Shown here one piece after another: positions 19,718 through 27,624 of a stretch of 52,979 bases of DNA. Positions within the stretch are counted from its first letter, which is position 1. Each line of letters opens with the position of its first letter. Both the position numbers and the translations under genes were made by a program. The notes beneath the pieces are model-generated. The model was not told the origin of the DNA, ran no database searches, and saw nothing but the letters and a program-made list of their open reading frames with translations. The stretch lies in sequence record PV660454. The stretch is one strand, 5' to 3'. This stretch comes from Escherichia phage LF82-11.

Positions 19718-20368
19718 TTAGTTCCACCCAAGGAATCGAGCCATTGGAATCTTTAGGTTTCCGCGACCGTTGAAAATATCATTAAACCCTCGCTGATTTC
19801 GTCTGATCCATGTAGTCTGCAACTCCGAGCCAGTCCAGCGCATGAGGTTGCCAGAGTAACCAGAGGCAACGCCATCCGTTGACATTTCACCCATGCAGGA
19901 CTCCCACAGAAAGAATGGGTTGTAACCAGGTGATACGCTGGCAACGTTACCCTCAAGAGGCCAATTCCCGGCAACCTCAAGGAAGCCAGTTACACGAGGC
20001 ATTGAGGCAGCGCCCAAAGCAGACCAGATCAGTTGCCCGGAACCGTCGAACACGTCAAGCACGCCAGATGGAAAGTTTGCGTTTCTGGTTGTCCTGATCA
20101 CGCGGATTGAGTTTGGTAGGAACATATCAGATCCCGGAAACCCCCACGCGCCGTTAGAAAGAAATTGCACCCAATGCAAATATCCGTCTTGCTTCCTCGT
20201 GTTTTGGTTTAGGTAAGCCAGTGAGCTTATGTTGCCAAAAGGTGTGTTTAGGTTGTAGTCACCAGTATTTAAATATGACGGGTTGAAAGATGAGTGGTAG
20301 ATCGTGTGTTTCTGATCTGAGTTAATCATCATCGCCCCGGCGTTATTGTATACCTCAAAACCAGGCAT
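19718..20368 (-). CDS. Asn/Gly/Ser/aromatic-rich protein, paralogue of downstream gene
   Basis: 216 aa starting MPGFEVYNNAG; internal DGSGQLI; good RBS. Confidence 0.4.
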   Translation of the reverse strand: MPGFEVYNNAGAMMINSDQKHTIYHSSFNPSYLNTGDYNLNTPFGNISSLAYLNQNTRKQDGYLHWVQFLSNGAWGFPGSDMFLPNSIRVIRTTRNANFPSGVLDVFDGSGQLIWSALGAASMPRVTGFLEVAGNWPLEGNVASVSPGYNPFFLWESCMGEMSTDGVASGYSGNLMRWTGSELQTTWIRRNQRGFNDIFNGRGNLKIPMARFLGWN

Positions 20369-20377
20369 ATTGCCCCC

Positions 20378-20677
20378 TCAGTTAAATTTGTAAATTTCGA
20401 TATCCATCGTCACATCGTTAAACGGGTTGCTTGTTGGTAGGTAGATAACATCAACAGCATTCTCACGCGTTACGCAAGCGTAAGCACTCCCTATGTAGAT
20501 GTTTGCGTATTTGATGCAAGCAAACGAGTTGTAACCGTTTATTCCGACAACAGCAAAAGACACGATCGAAGTCGAGCGCGGGAACACGATTTGCTGACGA
20601 TGCACAAAGCGAGTGCTGAAATCTCCGAGATCCACAATCAGATTTCCCGACCCATCCCATGCTTGTAAACCAGGCAT
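20378..20677 (-). CDS. hypothetical protein, paralogous N-terminus
   Basis: 99 aa starting MPGLQAWDGSGNLI; near-identical RBS/start context to 19718..20368. Confidence 0.4.
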   Translation of the reverse strand: MPGLQAWDGSGNLIVDLGDFSTRFVHRQQIVFPRSTSIVSFAVVGINGYNSFACIKYANIYIGSAYACVTRENAVDVIYLPTSNPFNDVTMDIEIYKFN

Positions 20678-20795
20678 AATGCCACCTCGTGAGTTTGTTT
20701 GATTGAGTGCAAATAATACACCAGCGAGCAGACAAAATCAAAGTCAACATGTCGTTCCTGTAGTTAGCTGTTAAGAAAATCACTTTCCGGCGATT

Positions 20796-21031
20796 TCGAT
20801 ACACGCAACTACAGAAAACTACAGCGTTATACATTGCGTAAGTATATATATAATAAGGGTTTATCTAATATTATTATTATTACTATATTCATGTTGTAGT
20901 TAGTGTAACGGTATCGTTTGGTGATTCCCGGATATCTTTTCGAATAGTTGAGTTAATTGTGTGGTTATTAGGATGCCGATACCTGGCTACCCCTCCGCAA
21001 TCCGCGTTAAAATCGATACACGCAACTACAG
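20796..21031. repeat. iteron-like repeats in AT-rich intergenic region
   Basis: 19-bp direct repeat TCGATACACGCAACTACAG at about 20796 and 21013; AACTACAG/CTGTAGTT copies in both orientations. Confidence 0.5.
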
Positions 21032-21116
21032 TCAGCATTCATGCGGGTTTGAAGGGTGTTTTTTGTAACGAATGCCATTATCGACAAAAAATAACACTAA
21101 CGACACGTTATATATT

Positions 21117-21144
21117 TGACAAAGCGAATGAACCGCGTATACTC
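21117..21144 (+). promoter_or_regulatory. sigma70-like promoter for recombination genes
   Basis: TTGACA, 16-bp spacer, TATACT. Confidence 0.45.
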
Positions 21145-21176
21145 AGCCACATCAACCACAACTGAGGAATAAAGTG

Positions 21177-22232
21177 ATGAATCCAACAAGACCTGAATCA
21201 GATTTTTTCTGGTTCACCAGCGATGAAATGCCGAACGATTTTTACCACGACAAAGAGGCATGGACTTTTGATTTCGTATCAGGCTCCAGCCTTTGCGACA
21301 TTCACCAATCGTCACCCGCTTCATGGTTCTTCGCCAAAAACGAGATCACAAAGGCGCTTGAGTTTGGTACTCAGTCACACACCAACTTTGAATCGAAGTC
21401 GCTGTTTGATGCAACGTATCGACGCGCACCAGCCCCGGAAGACTTCGAAAACTTGATTACGTCTCAGGCAGCGCTGGCTACGAAGTTGAAATCATTCGGC
21501 CTGACTGGTACAAGCGGGAAGCAATATCCAGAGCTGATCAAAATGATGGTTGATTGCGGTGAAGATCTTAACGTGTTGTGGCTTATTGATATGATCGCAC
21601 AGTGCCAGGCTTGGGCTGATGGCGTTGAGTTGGTCAAGGCTGAGGATTACGACAAGTGCAAGATGATGCGCGCCGTTCTGGAATCAGTGCCGGAATACGC
21701 AATGATGATGGAAAGCCCAACGGCAATGCACGAGCTTTCATTGTTCGGAAAGATCAGCGGCGTTGACGTAAAAGTCAGACTTGACTACGTTGACACGGTT
21801 ACTGATCCAAACCTCATTCGTCATTTTGGGTACGATCCAGAGCTACACCCTGAAATCATTGTGATTATGGACTACAAAACGACGAGCAGCGCCAACCCGG
21901 CAGATTTTGACCGAAAGGCATTCGATCTTGGGTATTATCTGAAGATGGCATTGCAGCGTGATTTATTCGTCAAAGTGTACGATGAGAAGCGCCCCGTTTG
22001 CTTGGTTCTGCTTACACAGGAAAAGAAAGAGCCATTCTTGCCACTTGGAAGGCCAATGACGCGCGAGCAGCTTCTTTTAGGCCGCAAGCAGTATATGGGT
22101 GTCATTCACACTTACTCGATCTGCAAGGAATCAAACGTTTGGCCTGGCTATGCAAACGGCGCTCCTTTCGTTAGCCTTGAAACGCCTGACTACATCAAGC
22201 GCCAGCATAAGGATATTTTCGGCGGAGAGTAA
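21177..22232 (+). CDS. PD-(D/E)xK-type exonuclease (recombination)
   Basis: IVIMDYKTT D-x-K motif; ATG 21177 with GAGGAA RBS (track start 21174 is GTG). Confidence 0.5.
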   Translation: MNPTRPESDFFWFTSDEMPNDFYHDKEAWTFDFVSGSSLCDIHQSSPASWFFAKNEITKALEFGTQSHTNFESKSLFDATYRRAPAPEDFENLITSQAALATKLKSFGLTGTSGKQYPELIKMMVDCGEDLNVLWLIDMIAQCQAWADGVELVKAEDYDKCKMMRAVLESVPEYAMMMESPTAMHELSLFGKISGVDVKVRLDYVDTVTDPNLIRHFGYDPELHPEIIVIMDYKTTSSANPADFDRKAFDLGYYLKMALQRDLFVKVYDEKRPVCLVLLTQEKKEPFLPLGRPMTREQLLLGRKQYMGVIHTYSICKESNVWPGYANGAPFVSLETPDYIKRQHKDIFGGE

Positions 22233-22274
22233 TAGCACTAAAAGCTAAACAAAAGCGGTGATGTTTGGTATAAT
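22233..22274 (+). promoter_or_regulatory. box-promoter module
   Basis: TAGCACTAAAAGCTA, 21 bp, TGgTATAAT inside a hairpin loop. Confidence 0.5.
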
Positions 22275-22311
22275 CACCGCTCAATCAAACGAACGAAAAG
22301 AGGCATAAGCA

Positions 22312-22971
22312 ATGCGAACTTCAGAAAGTATTATCAATGTTTCAAAGGCTCTCATCGAGGCGAAAAAGAAATTTGCCATCGCCAAAAAATCCGGTTTTAA
22401 CAAACACCTCAACTCCCATTATTCAAACCTGACGGATGTATTGGAGGCGATCGAGCCAGCGCTGAAAGAGCTTGATTTGATGGTTATTCAGTCAAACCTT
22501 GAAAGCACGACAGATAAGGTTATGCACATCGAAACGCTGATCCTTCATACATCCGGCGAATGGCTTGCATTCCAGTACAACATGCCTATAGAGAAAATCC
22601 AGGCTCAGGCATACGGCTCAACAACATCATACGGGCGACGTTATGCACTTTGTGCCGCGCTCAGCATCACTCAGAGCGACGACGACGCAGAGATCGCGAA
22701 ACGCACCGCGTCGGATTACAAAAAGCTGGTAGCAGATTGCAACGATATCGAGGCGCTTGGAACCATTTACCAAAGTGCCAAGCAATCACTCGGAGCGGCA
22801 GAGTGGAAAATTGCAGAGGAGCATTTGCGCAAACGCAAAGCAGAATTGCAAGCCGGAACGGCGCGAGGATTTAACCCACCTCAAAAGCAGGAAGCGCCAA
22901 AGAAACAAAATCAGGTTGAAGAGAAGCCACAACATCCGGTAGACTCTCAAAACATCGAAGACTTTAACTAA
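22312..22971 (+). CDS. single-strand annealing protein (ERF-like)
   Basis: 219 aa between exonuclease and SSB; ERF-like by size, context and motifs recalled from memory. Confidence 0.45.
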   Translation: MRTSESIINVSKALIEAKKKFAIAKKSGFNKHLNSHYSNLTDVLEAIEPALKELDLMVIQSNLESTTDKVMHIETLILHTSGEWLAFQYNMPIEKIQAQAYGSTTSYGRRYALCAALSITQSDDDAEIAKRTASDYKKLVADCNDIEALGTIYQSAKQSLGAAEWKIAEEHLRKRKAELQAGTARGFNPPQKQEAPKKQNQVEEKPQHPVDSQNIEDFN

Positions 22972-23012
22972 ACCAAAGGGGGCGAAAGCCCCCTCACTAA
23001 CAGGAAATCAAA

Positions 23013-23498
23013 ATGCCGCACATCATCACAGGTGAGATCAAAAAAGCCCCGTACACCAAAGACGGAAGCAACAATAACGGGCGATGGAAAATGTACATTG
23101 TCGATCTGAGTGAGCGCATGAAAGTGCGCAACCCTGACACACAGGCCGATGAAGTTGTTTACACAAACTACAAGGCAACCTTCTTTGCAAAAGAAAACGT
23201 CATGCAGTGGTACGATGAAGCGTTCCAGGTTGGCAAGGTAATCAGCGTAACGTGTGACACGCTGCAAATCACCAGCCGAGATCACAACGGCAATACGTAT
23301 CTTACGGCTGAAATGATCCGGCCTCAACTGACCTTCAGCCAGCGAGAGGCTCAGCAGCAGGGATGGGGGCAACCACAGCAGCCGCAAGGCAATCAGCAAC
23401 AAAGCCAGCACAGACCACCACAGCAGCGACCACAGCAGCGACCACAGCAGCAACAGCCACAGCAGGGAAATCAGTTTGACGATGACATTCCATTCTGA
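23013..23498 (+). CDS. ssb: single-stranded DNA-binding protein
   Basis: C-terminal Gln/Pro-rich linker ending in acidic tip DDDIPF, as in bacterial SSB. Confidence 0.7.
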   Translation: MPHIITGEIKKAPYTKDGSNNNGRWKMYIVDLSERMKVRNPDTQADEVVYTNYKATFFAKENVMQWYDEAFQVGKVISVTCDTLQITSRDHNGNTYLTAEMIRPQLTFSQREAQQQGWGQPQQPQGNQQQSQHRPPQQRPQQRPQQQQPQQGNQFDDDIPF

Positions 23499-23507
23499 CG
23501 GGTAAAA

Positions 23508-23535
23508 ATAAAGGAGCCTTTCGGCTCCTTTTTTA
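23508..23535. terminator. bidirectional terminator
   Basis: GGAGCC-tttc-GGCTCC with T-runs on both strands; between convergent ssb and tail fibre. Confidence 0.5.
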
Positions 23536-25983
23536 TTTCAGCAATAACGACTCAAGTTTAGCAAGGCGCTCTTCCATTTCCTCCATTCTGTTACCCATGT
23601 AAACCATAGCACAGGCCATATCAGTAAGCATGACGTTTGAATCAAGAGCTAGCGTATCGTCCTTAAATCCAGTCTCGATCTGCCTGGCAACGTACTCCTC
23701 ACCATTCTCGTTGACTCCGATAACATCTTCAAAGATCGGAGCGCCAGGGACTACTTTCACATACTGACTATCAACTTTATTCAAGTCCTGAGCAATCAGA
23801 CCGAATCTCTGTGTGTCAGATCCCTTATACTTGAACATGGTTGGGAGCCACTGCATTACGCGATCATAGCTCTCCTTTCCTTCGGTGTATTTGATATCCC
23901 ACTTAAGATCCCGGTCAGACGTTGGCGCTTTCTGGAATGTATACCCCCCATCCCATCCTCCACCCTGACCCCATGAGATAATATCTGATGATGGTGCATG
24001 GAATTCAAATCCGCGATGGTACGCACCATCACCAAGCATCTTAATTACTGCGCGAGGCCATCCGTTGTTCCCGCTAGAAATCATACCAAGAGAGGTATTC
24101 ATTCGATACCCGCCAGTTGATGTGGTTGCCCCTGAGATCAATGAAGCATATCCGGCATCATTACCCGTTACATCACCAGCAAAGAACGTACTCCCCATGT
24201 AATCATTTGGCTGCGCCCAACCTCCTTGAGTTAACTTACCAAGAAACCCCCTTGGAGAAGATATGTGACCGCCGTATGAGTTTATGAATTTAAACTCCTT
24301 CCAGTCACTTCCTTGGTTGTTCACTCCGATCTTGAAGTGATCAATATCAGTGCCACTACCGCGAACCCCCCCAATCTGCCAGTAACCAGAGTACCAGTTA
24401 CCTTGAACCAGGTTAACCCAACTATTAACAGAGCCATCACCAGCAGCGTTTTGAATCAGGATGTTTTTGTTTCCGCCACTCTGAGTTGAAACAACGATCG
24501 ATTTACCCTGCTTTGCCTCTACGTTTCCGTTTGTTGCAACCAGAGCGCCGCCGCTAATCGTTCCGACGGCTGTCAGCGATGCAACTCCGGTAATGTTCCC
24601 CGCCTCATCAAACTGATAGTAGTTCCCCTTTCCTCCAGCCGTGTTTGCCGTGTGAATCGTTGTCTTTACAACGCCGCCTTGTAGTTCATTGTAAAATCTT
24701 GAGTTTGATTGCAGCGTTGCGCCGTCAGCAGAAAGCCTTTTACTCTCAATCAGCCCCCCACTAGTTGCTGAGCCAAGTGTTGTAGCCTCCACGCCTCCAA
24801 ATCTCACCGCTTGACCCGAGCCGATACCAAGATTGTTTCTTGCTCCGTCAGCAGTTGTTGATCCAGTGCCACCAGATCCGATAGGGATCGGGATTACATT
24901 TCCGTTACTATCCTGCCACTGGAAAATCCCATCATCGCCAATCGTCAGCCTTTTTGTTCTATCTGGCGTGCTAATGTAGTTACGCGTTCCAATGTGGCGC
25001 AGCCAGTCAAGATCAAGGTTCGTCCTCGCGGCTTGTACGTCAGTAAGATCAGATAGGTTATTTGCCTTCTTTAGCTGTTCGTCAGGGTTAGCCGTTGCTG
25101 CGCGGTCTGCTTCAGCCTTGGCTCGTGCTGCATCGTCACGAGCGGCGGCGGCAGATTGCCCGGCGCTGGTTTCGCTGTTTGCTGCATTCGTCTCGCTTAC
25201 CCTGGCGGCATCCTTGCTGGCTCCGGCTTGGGTTGCGGCAACTTCGGCGGCTTGACGATGCGCGGCAGCTTCGCCGTTAGATTGAGCGGCTGAGCTTGCG
25301 CTATTACCCGCATTTGTCTCGCTAGTCTTCGCATTGAATGCAGAATCGGCGGCAGCGTTCTTTGCGCTTGTTGCGGTTGCAGCGTCAGCGGCGGAGCTAG
25401 ATGCAGATGCGGCAGCGGCGTTTTTATCTTGCTGTGCAGACTGAGCAGATCCGGCGGCGGAGGTCGCAGCAGCCTCAGCGGCAACGCGTTGCTGATAAGC
25501 TTGCTGGTTCTGGCTTCCGGCCTCGCTTGCACTTTGTGCGGCGGCGTTCTTGCTTGCCTCAGCTTCGTTTGCGTTAACTTCAGTACGATCAGCATCAACG
25601 CGAACGGCAGACTGAAGATCTTTCAGCTCTTGCAGGTTAAAGTTCTTGAAGAAATCCATAGCCTCCTCGATCACAGTTTCCTTGCTTTGGTAGTAGCGCA
25701 GAGTTTCAGCCACATCTTGAGCAAGGCCATCAACAGTGATTGAGTCATGCAGCAGGATTACATAGTTCGTACCATCCGGCACAACTGCATCATCCGTTTG
25801 GATCGCTCGCATTTCCGTGTCACTCACGATCGCGGAAATAGTAACCAGCGTTAGTGGTTGAGTTAAAAACACCATCGTTGCCCCAACGCGAATCAGAGAC
25901 AGCTTGTCTTGCCATTTCGTATCAACGCCAGTTACAACGCCGTTAGCGGCCAATCCCGCCGTTCCTCTACGATAAATCGCCAT
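23533..25983 (-). CDS. tail fibre with C-terminal intramolecular chaperone (peptidase S74-like) domain
   Basis: long Ala/Ser-rich low-complexity stretch; C-terminal region typical of autoproteolytic chaperone domain; start at ATG 25983 with AGAGGTG RBS (track start GTG 25992). Confidence 0.65.
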   Translation of the reverse strand: MAIYRRGTAGLAANGVVTGVDTKWQDKLSLIRVGATMVFLTQPLTLVTISAIVSDTEMRAIQTDDAVVPDGTNYVILLHDSITVDGLAQDVAETLRYYQSKETVIEEAMDFFKNFNLQELKDLQSAVRVDADRTEVNANEAEASKNAAAQSASEAGSQNQQAYQQRVAAEAAATSAAGSAQSAQQDKNAAAASASSSAADAATATSAKNAAADSAFNAKTSETNAGNSASSAAQSNGEAAAHRQAAEVAATQAGASKDAARVSETNAANSETSAGQSAAAARDDAARAKAEADRAATANPDEQLKKANNLSDLTDVQAARTNLDLDWLRHIGTRNYISTPDRTKRLTIGDDGIFQWQDSNGNVIPIPIGSGGTGSTTADGARNNLGIGSGQAVRFGGVEATTLGSATSGGLIESKRLSADGATLQSNSRFYNELQGGVVKTTIHTANTAGGKGNYYQFDEAGNITGVASLTAVGTISGGALVATNGNVEAKQGKSIVVSTQSGGNKNILIQNAAGDGSVNSWVNLVQGNWYSGYWQIGGVRGSGTDIDHFKIGVNNQGSDWKEFKFINSYGGHISSPRGFLGKLTQGGWAQPNDYMGSTFFAGDVTGNDAGYASLISGATTSTGGYRMNTSLGMISSGNNGWPRAVIKMLGDGAYHRGFEFHAPSSDIISWGQGGGWDGGYTFQKAPTSDRDLKWDIKYTEGKESYDRVMQWLPTMFKYKGSDTQRFGLIAQDLNKVDSQYVKVVPGAPIFEDVIGVNENGEEYVARQIETGFKDDTLALDSNVMLTDMACAMVYMGNRMEEMEERLAKLESLLLK

Positions 25984-26006
25984 TGTCAACACCTCTTGTT
26001 AGTAAA

Positions 26007-26021
26007 TAGCACGAATTGCTA
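26007..26021 (+). promoter_or_regulatory. orphan inverted-repeat box
   Basis: TAGCACGAATTGCTA between primase terminator and tail-fibre start; no -10 at the usual spacing. Confidence 0.4.
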
Positions 26022-26044
26022 AAACGCATTATATCAGGCATTCA

Positions 26045-26071
26045 GGCAATAAAAAACCCTCCGAAGAGGGT
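26045..26071 (-). terminator. rho-independent terminator after primase gene
   Basis: minus-strand CCCTCTTCGGAGGG hairpin followed by T6. Confidence 0.5.
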
Positions 26072-26082
26072 TGTTGTTCGAT

Positions 26083-27018
26083 TTACTCCAGTCTGTCAAT
26101 AAGAGATTGCGGATCGTATAGCCTACGCTGCATCCCCTGGCGGAAATTGTCATTGTTCGGCAAGATTACCCTCAGATCCCGATCGTCAGCCATGCACAGG
26201 GTTTGGTAATCGGTAGACAGGCAAGCAACGCGAAGCTCACGATCTCCTTTGTATCGCCAAGCCACAATTTCAAGGTTCTCGGGCGTGAAAGTGACCCATA
26301 CTTCCTGATTGGTTGCCGTCGCTACGCGATGCCCTTCGATTATGTCGCACACCAGATAAATAGAGCCAGTGCCAGCACCAAGCTTAACAACTGAACCGCG
26401 AGAATGATCGCGAGCCATAAAAGAATATTCCCCACTTTCATTAACAAACAGGATATTACACATTTCATCATCCAATCCTTCCGGTTGAGCGAGATAGCAC
26501 GGATATGCATGAATAAGCGATTCTCCGCCATTCTCGCGAGGTTTTACGCCTACAATGAATGATTCATCCAATAGGCACTCATAAACGCTTAGAGGCGTGC
26601 TGGCTCGCAATTCAGTGCGCTCCATAACAGCCATACAGGCATCGTGATCAACTTGCTTGCCAATATTGGCATCGGTTGTTCTCGCTATGCGCTTGTAAGC
26701 CTTCACGCGGTACTCTTGCGGAACCTTGCCCAAGAAGCGCCCCAGGATGTTAACCGCCTCGCTGTATGGCTCACCAGTCAGCTTCATGACCCAGCCAATG
26801 CCTTTATCGTTACCGCATGCGTTACAGATCGCCCCGCCGTCACCCTTCGACTCAAGGTTATCAGTCCAGCGGAAGCGGTCATTGCCGCCACAGTTTGGGC
26901 ATGGCTGGTGTTTGCCATTGAATACGGTTGAGGGAAGAGCGCATATTGACTGCAACGCCTCGCGCCATAATCCTTTCATGTATGGCAAAACTTCCTCTTT
27001 CTGGTACATCATCGACAT
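26083..27018 (-). CDS. DNA primase (zinc-ribbon type)
   Basis: CPNCGGNDRFRW...CNACG zinc ribbon resembling primase zinc-binding domains. Confidence 0.6.
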   Translation of the reverse strand: MSMMYQKEEVLPYMKGLWREALQSICALPSTVFNGKHQPCPNCGGNDRFRWTDNLESKGDGGAICNACGNDKGIGWVMKLTGEPYSEAVNILGRFLGKVPQEYRVKAYKRIARTTDANIGKQVDHDACMAVMERTELRASTPLSVYECLLDESFIVGVKPRENGGESLIHAYPCYLAQPEGLDDEMCNILFVNESGEYSFMARDHSRGSVVKLGAGTGSIYLVCDIIEGHRVATATNQEVWVTFTPENLEIVAWRYKGDRELRVACLSTDYQTLCMADDRDLRVILPNNDNFRQGMQRRLYDPQSLIDRLE

Positions 27019-27073
27019 CGCAAAAACTCCAGTATAAAAAAGGGTTGCACCGATTATGGCACAACCCGCGAGA

Positions 27074-27532
27074 TCATTGATTAGCTTTTCGTGCTTTCAG
27101 TGTTTTCCAGGATGGTTGCTCCGGCTTGGTTTCTAACTCTTCCTTTCTCACCACGCGCAGCATGTGACGCTTTTTGCATCGGACTGTTAGCGGCTTGCCG
27201 TTGCCGTCGAATGACAGATCAGGGCGGCACCACGACGCGCGGAAACCTCCGCCATTTCGTTTATATGCGTTGTGCGCCAGTTGCGCGCCTCGCGCTGAAA
27301 TCATGCCGCGTTGCCGCCACTCATAAACAACCTGAAGCGAAACGCGCAATTCTTTCGCCAGCTTTGCAGGTGAGCCGTAGAATTCAAGGATGGTATCTAA
27401 TCTAGCCTTAAGCCCGGCCTTTACTTCGTCTCGTAAAACATAGTAACCTACTGGACGTTTTCGGCGCTTAGCGTCACTTCCGCGCTTCGTTCCATTGTTC
27501 CCATTAAGCGTGCGTTTATCTACGGTTTCCAT
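27074..27532 (-). CDS. basic HTH-type DNA-binding protein
   Basis: LAKELRVSLQVVYEWRQRG resembles a Cro/YdaS-like helix-turn-helix; Arg/Lys-rich. Confidence 0.35.
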   Translation of the reverse strand: METVDKRTLNGNNGTKRGSDAKRRKRPVGYYVLRDEVKAGLKARLDTILEFYGSPAKLAKELRVSLQVVYEWRQRGMISARGAQLAHNAYKRNGGGFRASWCRPDLSFDGNGKPLTVRCKKRHMLRVVRKEELETKPEQPSWKTLKARKANQ

Positions 27533-27545
27533 AATTATTCCTCAA

Positions 27546-27588
27546 TAGCATTTTTTGTTAAAACTGGATTGTTGAGGCGTGTATTATA
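27546..27588 (+). promoter_or_regulatory. box-promoter module upstream of helicase
   Basis: TAGCATTTTTTGTTA, about 21-22 bp, TATTAT. Confidence 0.45.
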
Positions 27589-27624
27589 TCAATCAAACGA
27601 ACGAACATCAAAGGCATTAACACG

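Noticed and set aside
20959-21165. 68-aa plus-strand ORF in the AT-rich intergenic region
   Set aside because: Lies across the iteron/promoter region upstream of the exonuclease gene, has no RBS, and its frame ends within the promoter.
24992-25743. Plus-strand ORFs 24992..25255, 25095..25280, 25429..25743 and minus-strand 25197..25598 within the tail fibre gene
   Set aside because: They overlap the Ala/Ser-rich repeat region of the fibre gene and encode Ala/Arg/Leu-rich low-complexity peptides; artefacts of GC-rich repetitive coding sequence.
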